NCBI GenBank assembly: GCA_002633005.1
Contig: NMRA01000014.1
Coordinates: forward strand, 459,898-523,897
Direction of reading: 5' to 3'
DNA length: 64,000 nt
From: Phoronis australis
Lineage: Eukaryota > Animalia > Phoronida
Part shown: piece after piece, positions 24,492-38,374 of the stretch
Position numbering within the stretch: position 1 is the stretch's first letter
Layout of the letters: the number at the start of each line of letters is the position of its first letter
Position numbers and translations under genes: made by a program
The notes under the pieces: model-generated
What the model was told of the DNA's origin: nothing
Databases searched by the model: none
What the model saw: only the letters and a program-made list of their open reading frames with translations

Positions 24492-24829
24492 GTAAGTAAG
24501 ACAAGGATGGTATATACCCTTGTGTCATTAGGTAAACCAACCTTTCTTCCTAGGTGATAGGTCTCTATCACTCAAAGAAGTCTTCGACATGTGTGCTGGG
24601 GTTTGTCATCACAAAATATCATCAAATGCGGACAACTTCATTTCGTCCTTCTCAGGCAACTTTCCCGGTGGTAGACAAAACGGGGGTAGGCTCCAACGCT
24701 GCTATCGGACCAGTAACAAACCGAAGCCACTCAACTGCCGTTGATTAAATTTATCCTGGAATGGTTGGAAGGAGAGAATATCAATCTTCTACAAGTCCTG
24801 CTGTTCACCAAGCTATCGCTTTTGGCAAG

Positions 24830-25930
24830 GTTTCACTTGAATAGTTTGGATCATACCTCTCAGAGTGGCGTCTGGTTATATCCCTTGGTGGACGTCTGTC
24901 TGAGTCCCGAGGTAGATTTATCACACAAGGGATCCATCCTGGGACCTCGGCTGTTTTTGCCTTTAACAAATGACCCTCTTTGGTTTGAAATAGCACGATT
25001 GACATGAATGCAGACGTTTCTACGTTGTCTGTTGTGGCAAACTCACTGGTGATTGTTATGAACAGACTTCAATATGTTGCCACCTGGTGTGTTGATAACG
25101 AAATGGTAATTAATACTGAAAAAACAAAATCCATGAATATTGCCTCAGAGTAACTTCAGAAGTTAACTTTAACTTAATCTGGCTATTTTGCGTGAGCACC
25201 CCAAACAGGTTGACAGTGAAAAGTTATTGGGTGTCGCTGTTGATAAGACCCTCAGCTGTTCTTGTCATGTTAGTGGGACGGTGTCCAAATTAGACAACTT
25301 CTAGGTCTTTTCCAGTGCATATAAGTATTTCTTCCCACAGTGGGGCGACTGGAACATTTCATTTATTATGTTACTGTGTGGTCAGGATGCAATGCAAAAT
25401 TGGTTTCCTGTCTATTGAAGGCTCAGAAGTAGGCAGCCAAACTTATTCTCGGTGCGCTTTTCGAAACTCCATCAACTCATGTGTTTATTCAAACCATTCG
25501 CCAATGGAACGGTTCACCAAATAGCCGAAAGGGGAGCTGACGGTTACGATGACTTCAGACACAAACCCATCAGTTACTGGTGGATGTGGTCATCATAGCT
25601 GACCTCCCTTCGTTTTCACTCATTTGTTCTCTCTAAAATTCATTGTGTATACCATATCAAAGTTTTAATTTATTTTAAATCCAATTTGTAATTTTAATTT
25701 GTAAAATTTTCATTTAATTTAAAGTAACTTACCGGTAATTTAATCCATCTCAATTTACTTAATGTAATCTATTGCTGTGATAGGACTTCAATTCATTTTC
25801 TATGAATAAGTTTAATATTATTATTACTATTATTATATATCATTATATTATGCTGTATTATTATATTATGCTATTTTAAATTATTACTCTTATTTTATTC
25901 GTACTGTTATTGTTATTATCATTTTTTATT
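24830..25930 (+). mobile_element. Decayed LINE RT 3' fragment with (TAT)n tail
   Basis: KGSILGPRLFL, degenerate ADV (YADD position), NTEKTKSM and KLLGV.VDK.L motifs. Followed by an (ATT/TAT)n tract at ~25815-25930. Confidence 0.65.
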
Positions 25931-26120
25931 ATAAGCTGCTCGTTTATTCTCAACGTAAACACAAAAGGACCGGTCGTCAAGTTGTCTATGGTAACAGGGA
26001 CGGCACGACAAATGAGGTCTTCGCGTTTGGCTCAAAATCTCCATGACTACGAACTCGTGACAAAGCCTTCGTTACGTATTCATCAGGTCCCATCACAATA
26101 ACTCATAAAGGAGTCCTACT

Positions 26121-26189
26121 CATGGGCGGCGCACAATAGGGGGCTGGGGCTGTAGCCCCACCACTTTTTTCAGTGCTATGCCGCCCATG
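26121..26189. mobile_element. 69-bp mini inverted-repeat element
   Basis: CATGGGCGGC...GCCGCCCATG termini with an internal GGGGCTGTAGCCCC palindrome. No TSD seen. Confidence 0.5.
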
Positions 26190-26264
26190 GTCTGTGGGCG
26201 CTGCATCACAGGTGGCTGTAGCCCCTTTTCGCAAGTGGCTTACTTGTAAACATGATGGTATCTG

Positions 26265-26703
26265 CTACCCAGCGTCGTCGTCAGCTAAGAGTCCATCTTC
26301 ATAGTTGGTTTCTACCTTGTCCAAGAAAGCTCTCTTTCTCTGAAGGCTGATCAGACCTCCAGCCGACGCTGGGGTTGCCATTTGTTTTCACGTTGTAGCC
26401 ACAGCCACACAGTTGCTTCCTCCGCTGCTCTTATTGTAGACTTAGACATATCAGCTCGACCTCTTGATGAAACACCCAATAGCTTCGTCCTCCGCCACCT
26501 GCTGCCTGCAATAACCCCTCTGCATCCAACTTCTATGGAAATATAGAAGCACTTCCAGCAATTTGCTGCTTATTTCTGCGATAGCTCTTCGTACTTGAGT
26601 AGTTTCCTCTCGTGAGTCTACTGCACCCTGGTCTCCTAGGGCAAAGTTAACTCAATCAAAATTACTATCTTCTTGCTGTCTGACCACAACAATAAGTCTG
26701 TTC
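26265..26703 (-). mobile_element. 3' end of a restriction-like-endonuclease (HERO/NeSL-type) non-LTR retrotransposon
   Basis: Minus strand DLLLWSDSKKIVILIELTLP*E...HERKLLKYEEL......ISIEVGCRG and AEEATVWLWLQRENKW, a PD-(D/E)xK REL domain. Confidence 0.75.
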
Positions 26704-26905
26704 TAAACAGGGTGACTGTTACATGGCTCGGCAATAAACCCCATTGTTTTCTTTATCATCGCTGCTAAGAAAAGAGCATCGATTTTTGAATAGAATAGAA
26801 CGGGTAAGCGATAGTATGGCCTAGGATCGCTTAGGCGTTGGGGTAATAAAACCCTAAGTGTTAGCATAGGAGTTGTCTCATGCGCAGAGCGGGTAGTCTT
26901 TTTAA

Positions 26906-29900
26906 GAGTCACTGCATGAGAATGTCAGGCAGATGCGGGAACATGACATGTCACGGATGGATTTGTTTGGAATATAGCTTAGTTTTACTCTTAGGTGGAA
27001 CGGTAAACACCTAAAATAATTTTATTTAAAATATCCAACTTCTTCACAGAAAACTGCCCCCTCGAAATTTTTGGCTAGTTTATGGCTTCGGAAACCATGA
27101 AATTTTAGCATTTTTGTTGCATCACTGTGAAAAAATGACAAATTAACAGAAACTAAGAATGACATACTGAATAAAAACAACTTCTGTCTACATGAAAAAG
27201 TTGAAACGTATTCGCAAATTAGCTATTTTTGTTTAACTTACTTATTCCACCCAACTGAGTCAAACTGTGTAACTGGTGGTAATGCCCTTTATTCGATCGT
27301 CAATTCTTTTACCGCGCAAAAACACTCAGAAAAGAAACATACTACATGTGAAAGCTGAGCCGTTGTAGAGTACATATCCATTAAAACATTTGTGGACAGC
27401 GACCTGTGTGTCCTGCATGCTTTGATTGAAACCTTCCACTTTGCTGATATCGGTCGTCCTGTTCGCCATTTCTGTCACACTCTCATTAACAAACCAACAA
27501 AGTTCTAAAGATTTATGAGTAACAAAAAGCGATGTCAACAAGATCGTTAAGATTATTCAAAGCTTGAAATCTGAATTACAATAAAATTTTTGCGGCTGGT
27601 GCTCAGAACTTTACAATTAAATCAAAACGATGGCAATTGTCGGTCCTGTAATGTCTGCGTGACGTCTAGTAACGTTAAGTGGTTCCGAAAAAATAGGAAC
27701 GTATATTAACACGAGGCAAGACAAAAATTAATTCTTGATTGAATGGTTATAGCAAACCATACATTTTAAGTACCGAAGACTCACAGAAAATATCAAGGAA
27801 TCGAACTCACTAGCAACATTACTTCATAGTAATAGAGACACATCATAAGGTGCACAACAAGCATACAGTAACAATGATGATTACGATCTACATGGATACC
27901 GCTCAATATATTCAAACAGAAGTTCTATGATTGTGTCCTGCAGTTCTCGTTTGTTGAGAACACCTCATTGGATTGCTTTTTTGACCAGTTTTCATGCCTT
28001 CGTTGAGCGCATCAGTCAAAAATATCTTTACGCTTTCAGTCATTGTTTCAGACCTTTATGCTGACTTCAGAGCCCACCCCATTGTGTTGTTTGACTCTCC
28101 TGCTGTATGGGTACTAGCTGCCTGCATTTTTACACCTGCAAATGTAAACCTCAGTAAGATAGTATATATTACCTAGTCCATTGGCAGGCTACCAGAACAA
28201 TTGCCAAACACTGGTGAACACCACTCACACAGCTAATTGTAAGCTGATCCCTGTTCACACAAATCAAACACAGCTTTTGCAATCAATAATCAGTTTAAAA
28301 CTCGCGTGACTAAGAATCATGTGCATGAAGAGTGTGTGAGGAGTGTTTAAAGGTAACAAAGCTGGATACAACACCAGGAGCCATGCTTTTTGGATGGGTA
28401 GCCATGTTTTGTGAATTCACAAAATGAGTTTACAAAATCCAAATGCTGTGGTCATAAGTGAGAGAGTTGTGCTGTTTGAGTGGTCTGATTTATACATTAA
28501 TCCACGTCAAAAAATCCAGCCTAAATTTGTGCGAATGTCCAAGCCATGGCTGTATAGGCTTTTGAGTAGCATGTTCCACAACTGCTTCACGTTTTGTTGG
28601 GTTGTAATATAGAACATCACACAGCACATTTCCATGTTGACTATGGATTTGTGATGCCAAATTGAGTTCAACGAGCATGCTGTTAGATCATGAACTTCAC
28701 CTTGTATACCAGTGACTTTGGCAACTCACTTTCCACATCAGCGATTATCTTCAAGTGCTGTTGGCTGTTTATCATGCCAGCCCATGCTAAATTGCTGCTT
28801 GAGTTCGCTTTGAGAGGCAAAAGTGTTGTTGCAGCCATCTTTTGGACACAGGAATATCTTCGTCTTTCGATTGCTGAAACTGATGAAAGGTCTCAATGAG
28901 GATTCAACATGACGTTCCTCAACCACTAGTTCCACTGGTTTGCAATCAGAAGCAGGATTCTTCAAAACCGCCCCATCTCCGATCCCATATGCATTCCAAG
29001 CAACCACTTTTCTAGTTGAAATAGGTAACTTAGTTGTAAGCATTAGAACACAAGTCCTTTTTAAAAATCAAACTATGAAAGAATATTCCATTCCATCAAA
29101 TATTTAACTTTTGTTTCAGACCTCATTCACAGCTGAAACTAGTTCTCAGATGGTATGACTAATCACAGTGATATTTCTGAGAAAAAATATGAATTGTTAC
29201 GTAGCTCACCTTCAAATGAGAAGTTACTAAGTTGACGTAGTCCTGGGATTGAGTGGTTAACATCCTTTGCATTCATGAGGCTGCAAACGTACACCTTGGC
29301 TTACAAACTAGATACCACCACATACGGTGCTTTGGACATATGATCTTTTGTTCTAACAGGCTGGCCAGTTCCTTTGTCTCTCACACTCCCATTAGTGCCA
29401 GATTGCCAATCAACTCCCATTCTTCCAAGTGATCTAGTGCGTTGACAATTTTCAGGTATTTGACAATATCCGTCTTTGTTGTAACACAGCGGCTCGCTGG
29501 ATTTGCCATTTTCCTTCAGAGCTTGACCTATTGTCTTGAACCTCATTTCGTTTCTTAGCTAAATGTCAACAACGCAATGTTTCGCTAAAAGAAAGCTCGA
29601 AGCAATTCTGGCTATCTTGAATAAAATTTAAGATTATTTTTTGTTACGATTTACTTCCAATTTGGATCATATTTTTCATTTTTTCCGCTTTGCCGCCCTC
29701 TATTGGTGGCAGTATGAAACAGATGAAAGTGGTGAAAGTGCCTTCGCTAAAGTGTAAATTCGAAAATTAAAAAAGGTGCTGTCCACGGAAATAACGGTAT
29801 CTTGTCAACGACGAGAGCCGTAGCTATCACAGAACCTATGTGTGGGTGGTGTGCGTTTTTGCGCGCTTGAATTACATAGGCCTTTATATAGGTCTAAATT

Positions 29901-30294
29901 GGTAACTGTATTTGGCCCGTGGAGGCAAGGCATTCAAAAGCTCCTTAAAAATATCAAAATACGTCATTCTGAATTATTTTGGCATTATCAATTACAAAAA
30001 GGATAGTTGTGTATAACTCAATCAATTTTTTATTTTTTAAACGCCCGCAAAGTGGTTTAATTCCCATGGAAACATAGGGCATTTTCAACAGTCAGGCACA
30101 AGGGGTTAGGCCATTTTTTCACCCGATTTAGTTATTCGCTATATATTTACAAACTGACGAATGACAAAGCTAATTTTTATATTTTTGTAGCTAATTCACC
30201 CCAAGTGATACATGTACTATATCAAATTTAAAATTCGTGACATGTCATGTTCCCATAATATTGCAAATTACCGGACATTCTCATGCAATGACTC
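26906..30294 (-). mobile_element. Decayed Sola3-type DNA transposon
   Basis: TTAA TSDs (26902-26905, 30295-30298) and TIRs GAGTCA(C/T)TGCATGAGAATGTC with an inner GGGAACATGACATGTCACG. Minus-strand remnants VAWNAYGIGDG, FLCPKDGCNNTF and GWALK...FL...NEG.KTG.K..P. Confidence 0.75.
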
Positions 30295-30411
30295 TTAACA
30301 TGGAAAAAGGCAGTTACAAACACCATCTGGCGATTTCAATTTGATTTAGTTTATCAGGTACAAGCTTCCAATAGAATTTACTTCACCCTATTTTGATACT
30401 AAACGCAAGCA

Positions 30412-30414
<3 letters not shown>

Positions 30415-30459
<45 letters not shown>

Positions 30460-30501
30460 AACACACACACAAACACACACACACACACACACATACACAC
30501 A
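30415..30501. repeat. (CA)n microsatellite
   Basis: Imperfect (CA)n tract. Confidence 0.95.
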
Positions 30502-30809
30502 TATTTATTGTCATACTCGCTACGTATTGTTGCCGGGCCACGTGTGTCCGTTTCTGTAACAGCATGTACTGTCGCTCTCGGGACATTATGTGCCGAGTGC
30601 AACATTAGTCGCAACATACCAAGCAATATCCGAAATGATGTCTATTGATAAATGTATTCAACCGGAAAAAGATCACAGATTTCGAACTTTAATTCCAGTC
30701 TATTCATGTAGAAATTGAAGCATACGGTGCAGGTACATTTACGATTAGGTAATGGGCCGGTTTTCAGATACAAAACTCACTTATACTTGTATGTACTACG
30801 TGATTACAG

Positions 30810-30957
30810 CAACGGTATTGCTGCATCGGCGGTTTGTGCATACAGCTGGGAGCATGTACTCGAGGCTTTCACGGGTACTTTTGCTGAAGAAACAGGACCG
30901 GACTATTTCTTGACGAATCAGGCAAGAACCCAAGTACCGAACCCCCATCCAGCGCGT
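30810..30957 (+). CDS. Sema module 1, exon H
   Basis: ttacag|...|gtaagt. NGIAASAVCAYSWEHVLEAFTGTFAEETGPDYFLTNQARTQVPNPHPAR, matching 'GSAVC.F....I...F.G.F......VP.PRPG'. Confidence 0.92.
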
Positions 30958-31847
30958 GTAAGTGGATAGCATAAACAGGAACGATATAAGATCGCGAGTT
31001 GGAAAATATATTTTTGCAATGTTCTTTAAGCCTGTGTGGTGTGACGGAACAATGATCACAGTTGCAGTGATACCAAACAGGTCTTGCTTGCAGCATTCCT
31101 CCTTTGTGAGACAAAAGCTTTATTCGAATTAAAAGTACCCCTAGTTTAACTTAAACTGGATTCTGGGATTCGAGGTGTGTAGTTATAAATTGTCTCAAGT
31201 ATTAGACGTAGTTTCAATTCCCAGATTTCACAAGCAGTCTTTAAATTACACCAACCTTTGAACATTGTGGCAATGCTAAACCACACTTCAACAAATAGTG
31301 TGGGTATAGTGACGGGTACATCTGAGTGTTTAAAGCAAAATGATGTCTCATAACAGTCGTATAACGTCGAGATGTAAAACCAAAACCGAGTTTGCGAACT
31401 CGTCATGTGTTATTAGCGTATTATCTGTATTGATCAAAGTTTGTGGACAAAGGAACGCATACTGTGAACCGCTGAATCCAATTTTTGACATGTTCGAACT
31501 TTTAAACGATTCCAAACCCGGTTTTGGCCTATAAATAGATATCATAATTTGGCTTGGCTTTTGTTCCTTAATATGACATCGGAACAGTTATGCATCGTCA
31601 CCCTAGAACAGCCAGATACTGTACGTGCTTTAGCAACGGATTGGTCATGGAAACTGGTTTGGTGTAATCGTCAGGAAATTACAGAGAATTTGAAAACATG
31701 CCCGAGCCGTGTATGGATGGTAAATCTGAAATCCCATTTTCTCCATAAGTTTGACAGTCACACACTTACTTTGCCAAGACATGAAATGAATTCGTTAATT
31801 TGCAAATTATGCTGATGCTAGAATTTATTAAGCTCATTGTTTTGTAG

Positions 31848-32055
31848 TGTCAAGCTTCATACCCTGTAAACCTTCTTTGGGACACAGCAATATTTATACG
31901 AGATCATCAACTTCTTCATCAACCAGCATTTCCTGCCGGCGTCAATCCGATTGTCATTGAGAAATACTCCGACAGAAAGTTTACGCAGATAGCTGTCGAC
32001 TTCCAAGTACAAACGACTTCCGGCGTATTTTATGACGTTCTGTACATAGGTCTCG
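31848..32055 (+). CDS. Sema module 1, exon I
   Basis: ttgtag|...|gtaaga. CQASYPVNLLWDTAIFIRDHQLLHQPAFPAGVNPIVIEKYSDRKFTQIAVDFQVQTTSGVFYDVLYIGL. Confidence 0.92.
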
Positions 32056-32757
32056 GTAAGAACCAAGGCCGCTCGAGACCATTTTCGTATGGCGTTTCCG
32101 TGAACATTACTAACGGAACAATACAAGTTTGTGCAAACAATTTACTGCCACATTCGACCCTTGTCCTTTGCGACAGAATTTTAAGGAGCCAAACAAATTT
32201 TATCAGGTGTTAAACTACCGCATACATATAATATTTAAATTTGTTATTGTCCGCTGTGGCTGCTCCCGACTGACTTTACTACATGTCCTATTTGAATGGT
32301 GAATTGTAGTCACTTTTTATTTTTTACGAACAATAAACCTCTTGTGCACTTTGGATTGACTGACACTTGAAACATCATTTATATCTAGGAAACATGATTG
32401 AAGTAATGGTGTCATTCGTACAGTGATTTCCACTAAAACGATTGAACTTTTTCTCAACGAGTATACTTTCAGACCTCTTTGCCGGGTTGCATAAAAGTCC
32501 CGAATAGGGACTCAACTAAGTCTTTTGCCTATTCGCGTCTTTGTTTACTCACATGTGTAATCTTTTTTCGGTCATTTCACCTTGATTATGAGCTTCTCTT
32601 TGACTAATAAAATTTTCTAATAATATAAGTAAAAAACTGAATCCTAAATTTATTTTAAATCAACTGAACTGGAAGTGGAACATTGGGTGGCGTGACAATT
32701 CAAATTAGTCGATGTCACGTGTTTACAATGAGGTCATACGTAACCTTACAAATATTA

Positions 32758-33849
32758 GAGAGGTTTCGCAAAGCAACGCGAACGTGAATTATCACGCATA
32801 CTTAATTGCCCGTGCCGATTCACGTTGTAGTGACAAAATGGGTTTCGCAACAGCTAAATGTTTACGTGACCGTGAAAGTAAACGTGAACTGAATAACTGA
32901 GCTCAGAGCCCGGTCTCCAATCTTTTTGCACGAAATGGAACTCGAACTTAGAAAATTGGTATTATTCTACTTTTGGGCAAACTCAAGATAAGTGTCTATT
33001 ATTCTATGCTCGAGTACGCAATAACTTACTTAGATAATTTATTGCCCTTAGTTCACAGTTTGTGAACCCAATATCAAACAAATAAGTTCGAGTTTGAACT
33101 CGAAATTTCGAGTTTTTACTCGAGTTTGTAGCACAAATATAAGGGTCTTCAAGGGCAAACTTGAACTAGAAACTCCTATGCATAAACTATAATGTATTCG
33201 AGCACAGTCTGATAACCAATTATCTTAAGTTCGCACAAAAGGAGCAGAGAAATTGCCAAAAATAGTTTCGAGTTCGTTTCGAGTACAAAGATTAGAGACC
33301 AGGATGCCCAGTTACCACAGTACATATGTGCTTCAGATATGCAAGATGGAAATATAAGTTGTGTGAAAACAAGTCATTTCTACGAGCTCCTGTTAGAATG
33401 CGAAATTTATTCGCAGTTTAAAATAAACAGATGCATGTAAATAGAGCACGCAAAAATTTTAAGAACAGGAACCTAAACATGTATTGAAAATCCTTGTTAG
33501 TTCGATGATATCTAGCGAACCCCCCAGAATAAAGATTTTGGAAAAAGTGTTTAATTGCAACTAAACTTTAGAACGTATATAGACAAAAAGTGTTTATTTT
33601 ATACTGAAGCAAAGAAGAAAGACTGAGAACCCTATCAAAATAAAAAAAAATCTTTTCAATATCTTACCAAATAAGAATTAAAAAGAGGCCACAGCTTTCG
33701 CGTCTAAAGCCACGCGAATATCCCTGTATTCTCATAAAATACTCGTACACTATCAAGAATATGTCACAGCCAACAATGGCTTGTATATGTAGGACGCGGT
33801 ACTGTAAAGGCATGATAAATCACGTTCACGTCGATTTGCGAAACCTCTC
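32758..33849. mobile_element. Harbinger-like inverted-repeat element with a nested MITE (~32908-33305)
   Basis: tta-GAGAGGTTTCGCAAA..CG(C/T)GAACGTGA / TCACGTTCACG..TTTGCGAAACCTCTC-taa. The inner element has GGTCTC(C/T)AATCTTT TIRs and TCGAAC/GTTCGA repeats. Confidence 0.6.
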
Positions 33850-34408
33850 TAATGTATCGATTAAGCGTGGTAAAAATTATGATTTCACCACGAACTCCGA
33901 AGTGGAGTTTAAGAAACCAAATCTTGGTAGTTGAATTTATATTGTTAAAGCGTAGGGACTCAGATACATGTATCTGGGACAAAAAGTTCCAACAGTCAGT
34001 AGTGTAAGAGAAGTTACAGTAAGGGCTGAATACCTTTGGCACCGAAGATTTCTCGTTATAAAGAACTAGAATACTATTTACACTCAATAGATGATACAAT
34101 TACGATGGAATTGGAATCACTGGATTAGCCAATGTTCAACTAAAGAAAAGTCAACGTTAAGGTTAAGCAAAATTTAGGGGGGATTATTTTCCCAAAGTAC
34201 AAAATATCCACATCCACCATCAGTCGTGAAGGTTGTTCAAAATTAAGTTTAAGTAAAAAACAAGAAACAGTAGGTCAGATTGGAACCATTGGATGAATGT
34301 GCAAAGAATTTCACACCTCCTAATAAACTCGGATTTTATTTGTTTTCTAAGTTTATACACAATTTATCGGTATAATTTGACTCTCAGAGAAACTCACATC
34401 TTTCACAG

Positions 34409-34780
34409 ATGATGGCGCTGTACGCAAGGTCATCAATGCAGGACCCTCTGCCAGTAACGAGACGTACGCTCAAATAAAACCGTTTATCATTGAAGAGATT
34501 ACGGTTTTCAACGGTGAATCAGTTGATGACTTACAGATTTACAGGCGAGGAGAGAACGTTGGTATTTATGTAGTCTCTTCATCACAAATAAGGAAGTTTC
34601 TGGCCTACAACTGCGATGTCCGTAAAACGTGTAAGGATTGTGTTCGTGCACGTGACCCATACTGTTCTTGGGACCCGTTTTGTGATCAGGAACACTCGGG
34701 CTGTAGCTGCAAACCATCTCATAACCAGACATTCGTTCAGAATTTGGAAACAGGCCTCAGTACAACTGGATGTCAGCCAG
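34409..34780 (+). CDS. Sema module 1, exon J: end of Sema domain + PSI domain
   Basis: tcacag|...|gtgaat. DDGAVRKVIN...IIEEITVF...NCDVRKTCKDCVRARDPYCSWD...FVQNLETG...CQP. Open for 372 nt, phase 1 to 1. Confidence 0.93.
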
Positions 34781-35789
34781 GTGAATATTTGATTCAAGGC
34801 CGGTAGTTGATTTCGGGAAGTGCCCGACTTGTTTCTAAATCCTTGCCTCATCACTTAAAGTGGTATATAACGTGAAAAACGATTAAATTATTACATTGAT
34901 AGGTACTCTGCCACTGAAACAAATATCACATTGTTCACCAGGTATTTTGCAGTTTGTTCGCAAAGATTTTGAATTTCTGCCAAAGCATTTTCCTTTTAGT
35001 TTCGAATTCCAAAAACGACCTGTCAACTGAAAATTTTCTCTCACTCCGCAATTCACATGTTATCATTTGGTCTGGCAAGACATAGACCAGCGTTATATGA
35101 AAAAAGTGAGATTTAACGTTTAATGTTAACGAAAAAATGGCACCTTTCGAGCTGCAGCCAACAGCATACGTGCATATATACCATTAGAATCGAAGAATTC
35201 GAAAACTGTATTGGGATGAAAGATTTTATATTCTTGCAATATTCAAATTGAATAACTCTCTGGTTACCATCCCCAAGAAGCAGATTTGCCACAATTCATT
35301 TTTTTGTTCTTATGTTGATAAATGTTTAGGCTACAAACTCTAAATGGGGATTTATTTGCATTTTGAATACAATTGGTATCTGGTTTAAGGATATTATTAA
35401 ACCTCTCGGTCCCCACTTTCCCTGAGACAACATCTGCCAAACTCAAGCCATTAGCGAGCCCTGTTTTGGCTGTAAAGCAGCTGTTCACCGACTTCAAAAA
35501 AATCCGAATAACTTTGCACTCCCAAAAACATGACAAAGAATCTCAGGGTCCTTTCCACAGAATGTGCAGAGCGATTATACCAATTTTATATAAGAAGCAA
35601 TTTGTAGTAAGGATTCTGAGTGTAAGTCTAATCTGGAACCATTAAGATTCGTGTCTTTAGTGAACGAAGAATACAACCTTAAGACAGTTCTCCACCATTC
35701 ATCTGAAAGCTCTCTATCAGGACAGTCTTCCTACTTATTTTGAAATTTTGTTTTTTTTTGTATAAGCAAGTAACTAACTTATCATACAC

Positions 35790-36560
35790 ACTGTTCTAAC
35801 TTTTACATGTATTGAGTAAAGTGGTAACAAACTATGGGCGGTGAGGAAGAATGAGTTTTGAAGAATCTACATATTTAAGTAAGTTGCAAACAACCCATCG
35901 CACGCCCACGAATACAGTGAATGGTGGAGAAAATGCATAATAATTACGAAATTCTTCGTAAGATATCAAATTACCATTAGAATCTATCAAATCGTAAACA
36001 TATACAATGCCCTTTGCATACCAAACTTCATAAAATATATACTTCTTGTCAATTGAGTCTTTGGGATTGAACCAAATTGGGTGGTGGGACTCATTGACTT
36101 CTTAACAGTGAAAATTCCAAACAATTCTCCAACATTTCGAAAAACTTCTCCCAAAAACTGATTCTTAACCGAAGACTCAAGAGAACGATAATAGGCCTTA
36201 CCAAAATGGGACACATTGTGTACAGATAAGTGGTTTTCTTCTAGGCCCTCTCGTCACGAACCATCAATCTTCTGAACCACGAAATTTTAAGGGATTTGAT
36301 GAATGACTTCAGATGAACCATTTTGCATCTTCCCACCCAAAAATCTTAAATCAAGGTAGTTCTCTTACTTTTGGCAGGTTTATTGTCCCCAATGAAACTG
36401 TAAAATAGTTTGTTAAGGTCAATCTGATTTAACAATAGTTATTAGTTGAATTAATGTAAAAGTCGACACTAAGGGCAGTAAATGAATCTCTATGCCAGAT
36501 CAAATTATGGACACAAGCCTTATACACTGAGTTTCATTGAACCAATTATTGCCATTCAGA
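35790..36560 (-). mobile_element. Decayed L1/Tx1-clade ORF2 fragment
   Basis: Frame-broken minus-strand NKLFYSFI.DNKPAK.KRTTLI...CKMVHLKSFIKSLKISWFRR resembles the post-RT region of Tx1-like elements. Confidence 0.55.
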
Positions 36561-36807
36561 CCAAAATCCAATCTGAAGCCTACTCCGTACAATGGTAACT
36601 TTTGTCTTAGCAGAATTTTACGAAAATGGGGCCCAAAAAGTAGCCTGCTACGCGATGGACCTAAATTGGTATTCTGGCCTAAATGATCAAAATTTACGAC
36701 TATCGTGGCTGTAAACTTATGGAGAACAAATTTAGTTGATCACCTTATGATTTACAATCTTATATCCCTGAACGATTTGAGAACTGGCAAACCACCGTAG
36801 ACACACT

Positions 36808-37000
36808 GAGAGAGAGAAACATTTATTTATTTAATCATATAGATCATACCCTGTTATGTGACTGGGTGGCCAACAAAGGCTAGAGCCGCTACTATCTGAC
36901 CACCGAGTAATAATAAATCAAATACGTATTAACAATTAAAAAGAAAAATATAGATAACAACAGGAAAAGTACTTCTACAATGAAAAAGATAAAATGCACT
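36808..37000 (-). mobile_element. 5'-truncated LINE 3' tail, same family as 47200-49500
   Basis: Reverse complement AGCGGCTCTAGCCTTTGTTGGCCACCCAGTCACATAACA...AATAAATGTTTCTCTCTC matches 49423-49500. Confidence 0.7.
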
Positions 37001-37468
37001 TTTATTTAAAATGCAATGCGGCTTACCTGCACACATGAAATGATATTTCCAGTTATGATGTTCTCACTTGAATGAGATTACAATGGTATACGTGCTGTAA
37101 ATAAATCATCGTTTAAAGTTTCAAGACCACGATTATTCCTGAAACCGTATTTTACACACCACTTAGTGTTGTGAATTTGCGACACGTGACAAAAGCGTAA
37201 TTTGTGTGCTCACCTATTTCATGAACCGAGATAATTTCTGTCTAAAATGAGACGGATAACTGAATTGGCTTTGTGTTCATGAAACGATATTTTCAAAGTT
37301 TTTGTCTTTGGTCGAAATTGTACCCGAATTTTAGTCTTTTTTGAAATATTTTTTGGTCCCAGGACTACGTTTCATGAAACTGTCATGCTGTCATTCCATC
37401 ACATGCCACGTTGCGCTTGTTGAACAATGCTGTTGACTTTACACCAACAAGCTTACTTGAGACCTTAA

Positions 37469-38374
37469 AGGCGAAGGCAACATTTTCATGTCATTTTTAG
37501 CAAAAATAAGATTCGTTGATTATCCCAGAGGTATTTTTCACCTAATTACAACTTTTAGTAATTTAAGTAAGTTAATTAATCATTCATTCTCTACTCCGGA
37601 AGTGACGTTGTGGGAGGCAAGAATTTCGCGTCGATTTCTTTTCATATAGTCTGACTGTGAGAGCTGTCGAATCAGTCATTGATCTGCCTCATTTGTGATA
37701 ATTTCGGTCGTTGTTTGGTTTGGTTTACGAGTCATTCAATAGGAAACACCGTTGCTGCGTACCGGGAAGTACTCATTATCACATGGAGCCTGTCAGCAGC
37801 CCTGCTGCGATGTTGACTATTGAGAATGAATACAGTCCTAGTTCAATACCCAGTGAAGAGGACAGTTCGTCGTTCAATGAACATATTGGTGAACCAAACT
37901 TTGGTAAGTTTATTGTGGACTTGTCTAAAGTATTGTAGCTATTTAGAAGGTGCCAGGTGTGTGGCGAGGGAGTCACACGATGGGATATAAGCAGTTTGCG
38001 TGCTCAGTGGGAGTGTGTCACGGGACACTCGAGTAAATGGGACAGTTGTTCCTCTGTCCATAAGACGATAATGAGTACATCCCGGTATGCAGTAGGCTAA
38101 TAGTGCGGCATGTCGACTGACTCGTAAACAAACGCAAACGACGACCAAACTTATCAAAACCCAGATAAAACAATGACTGACTCGGCAGCTCTCACAGTCA
38201 GACTATATGAAAAGAAACTGGCGCGAAGTTGTTGCCTCCCAAAACGTCACTTCCGGAGTAGGTGACGATTAATTGTTTAAATTACAAAACCTGTAAATAA
38301 CTGAAAATTATGTCTGGGATAATCAACGAACCTTCATTTAGCTAAAAATGTCATGAAAAATGTTGCCTTCGCCT
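37469..38374. mobile_element. Kolobok-type MITE with long TIRs
   Basis: ttaa-AGGCGAAGGCAACATTTT... / ...ATGTTGCCTTCGCCT-ttac. Inverted homology extends about 250 bp (CCGGAAGTGACGTT, TTTCATATAGTCTGACTGTGAGAGCTG). Confidence 0.85.

Noticed and set aside
30383-30626. VC/HT-repeat ORFs
   Set aside because: Translation of the (CA)n microsatellite.
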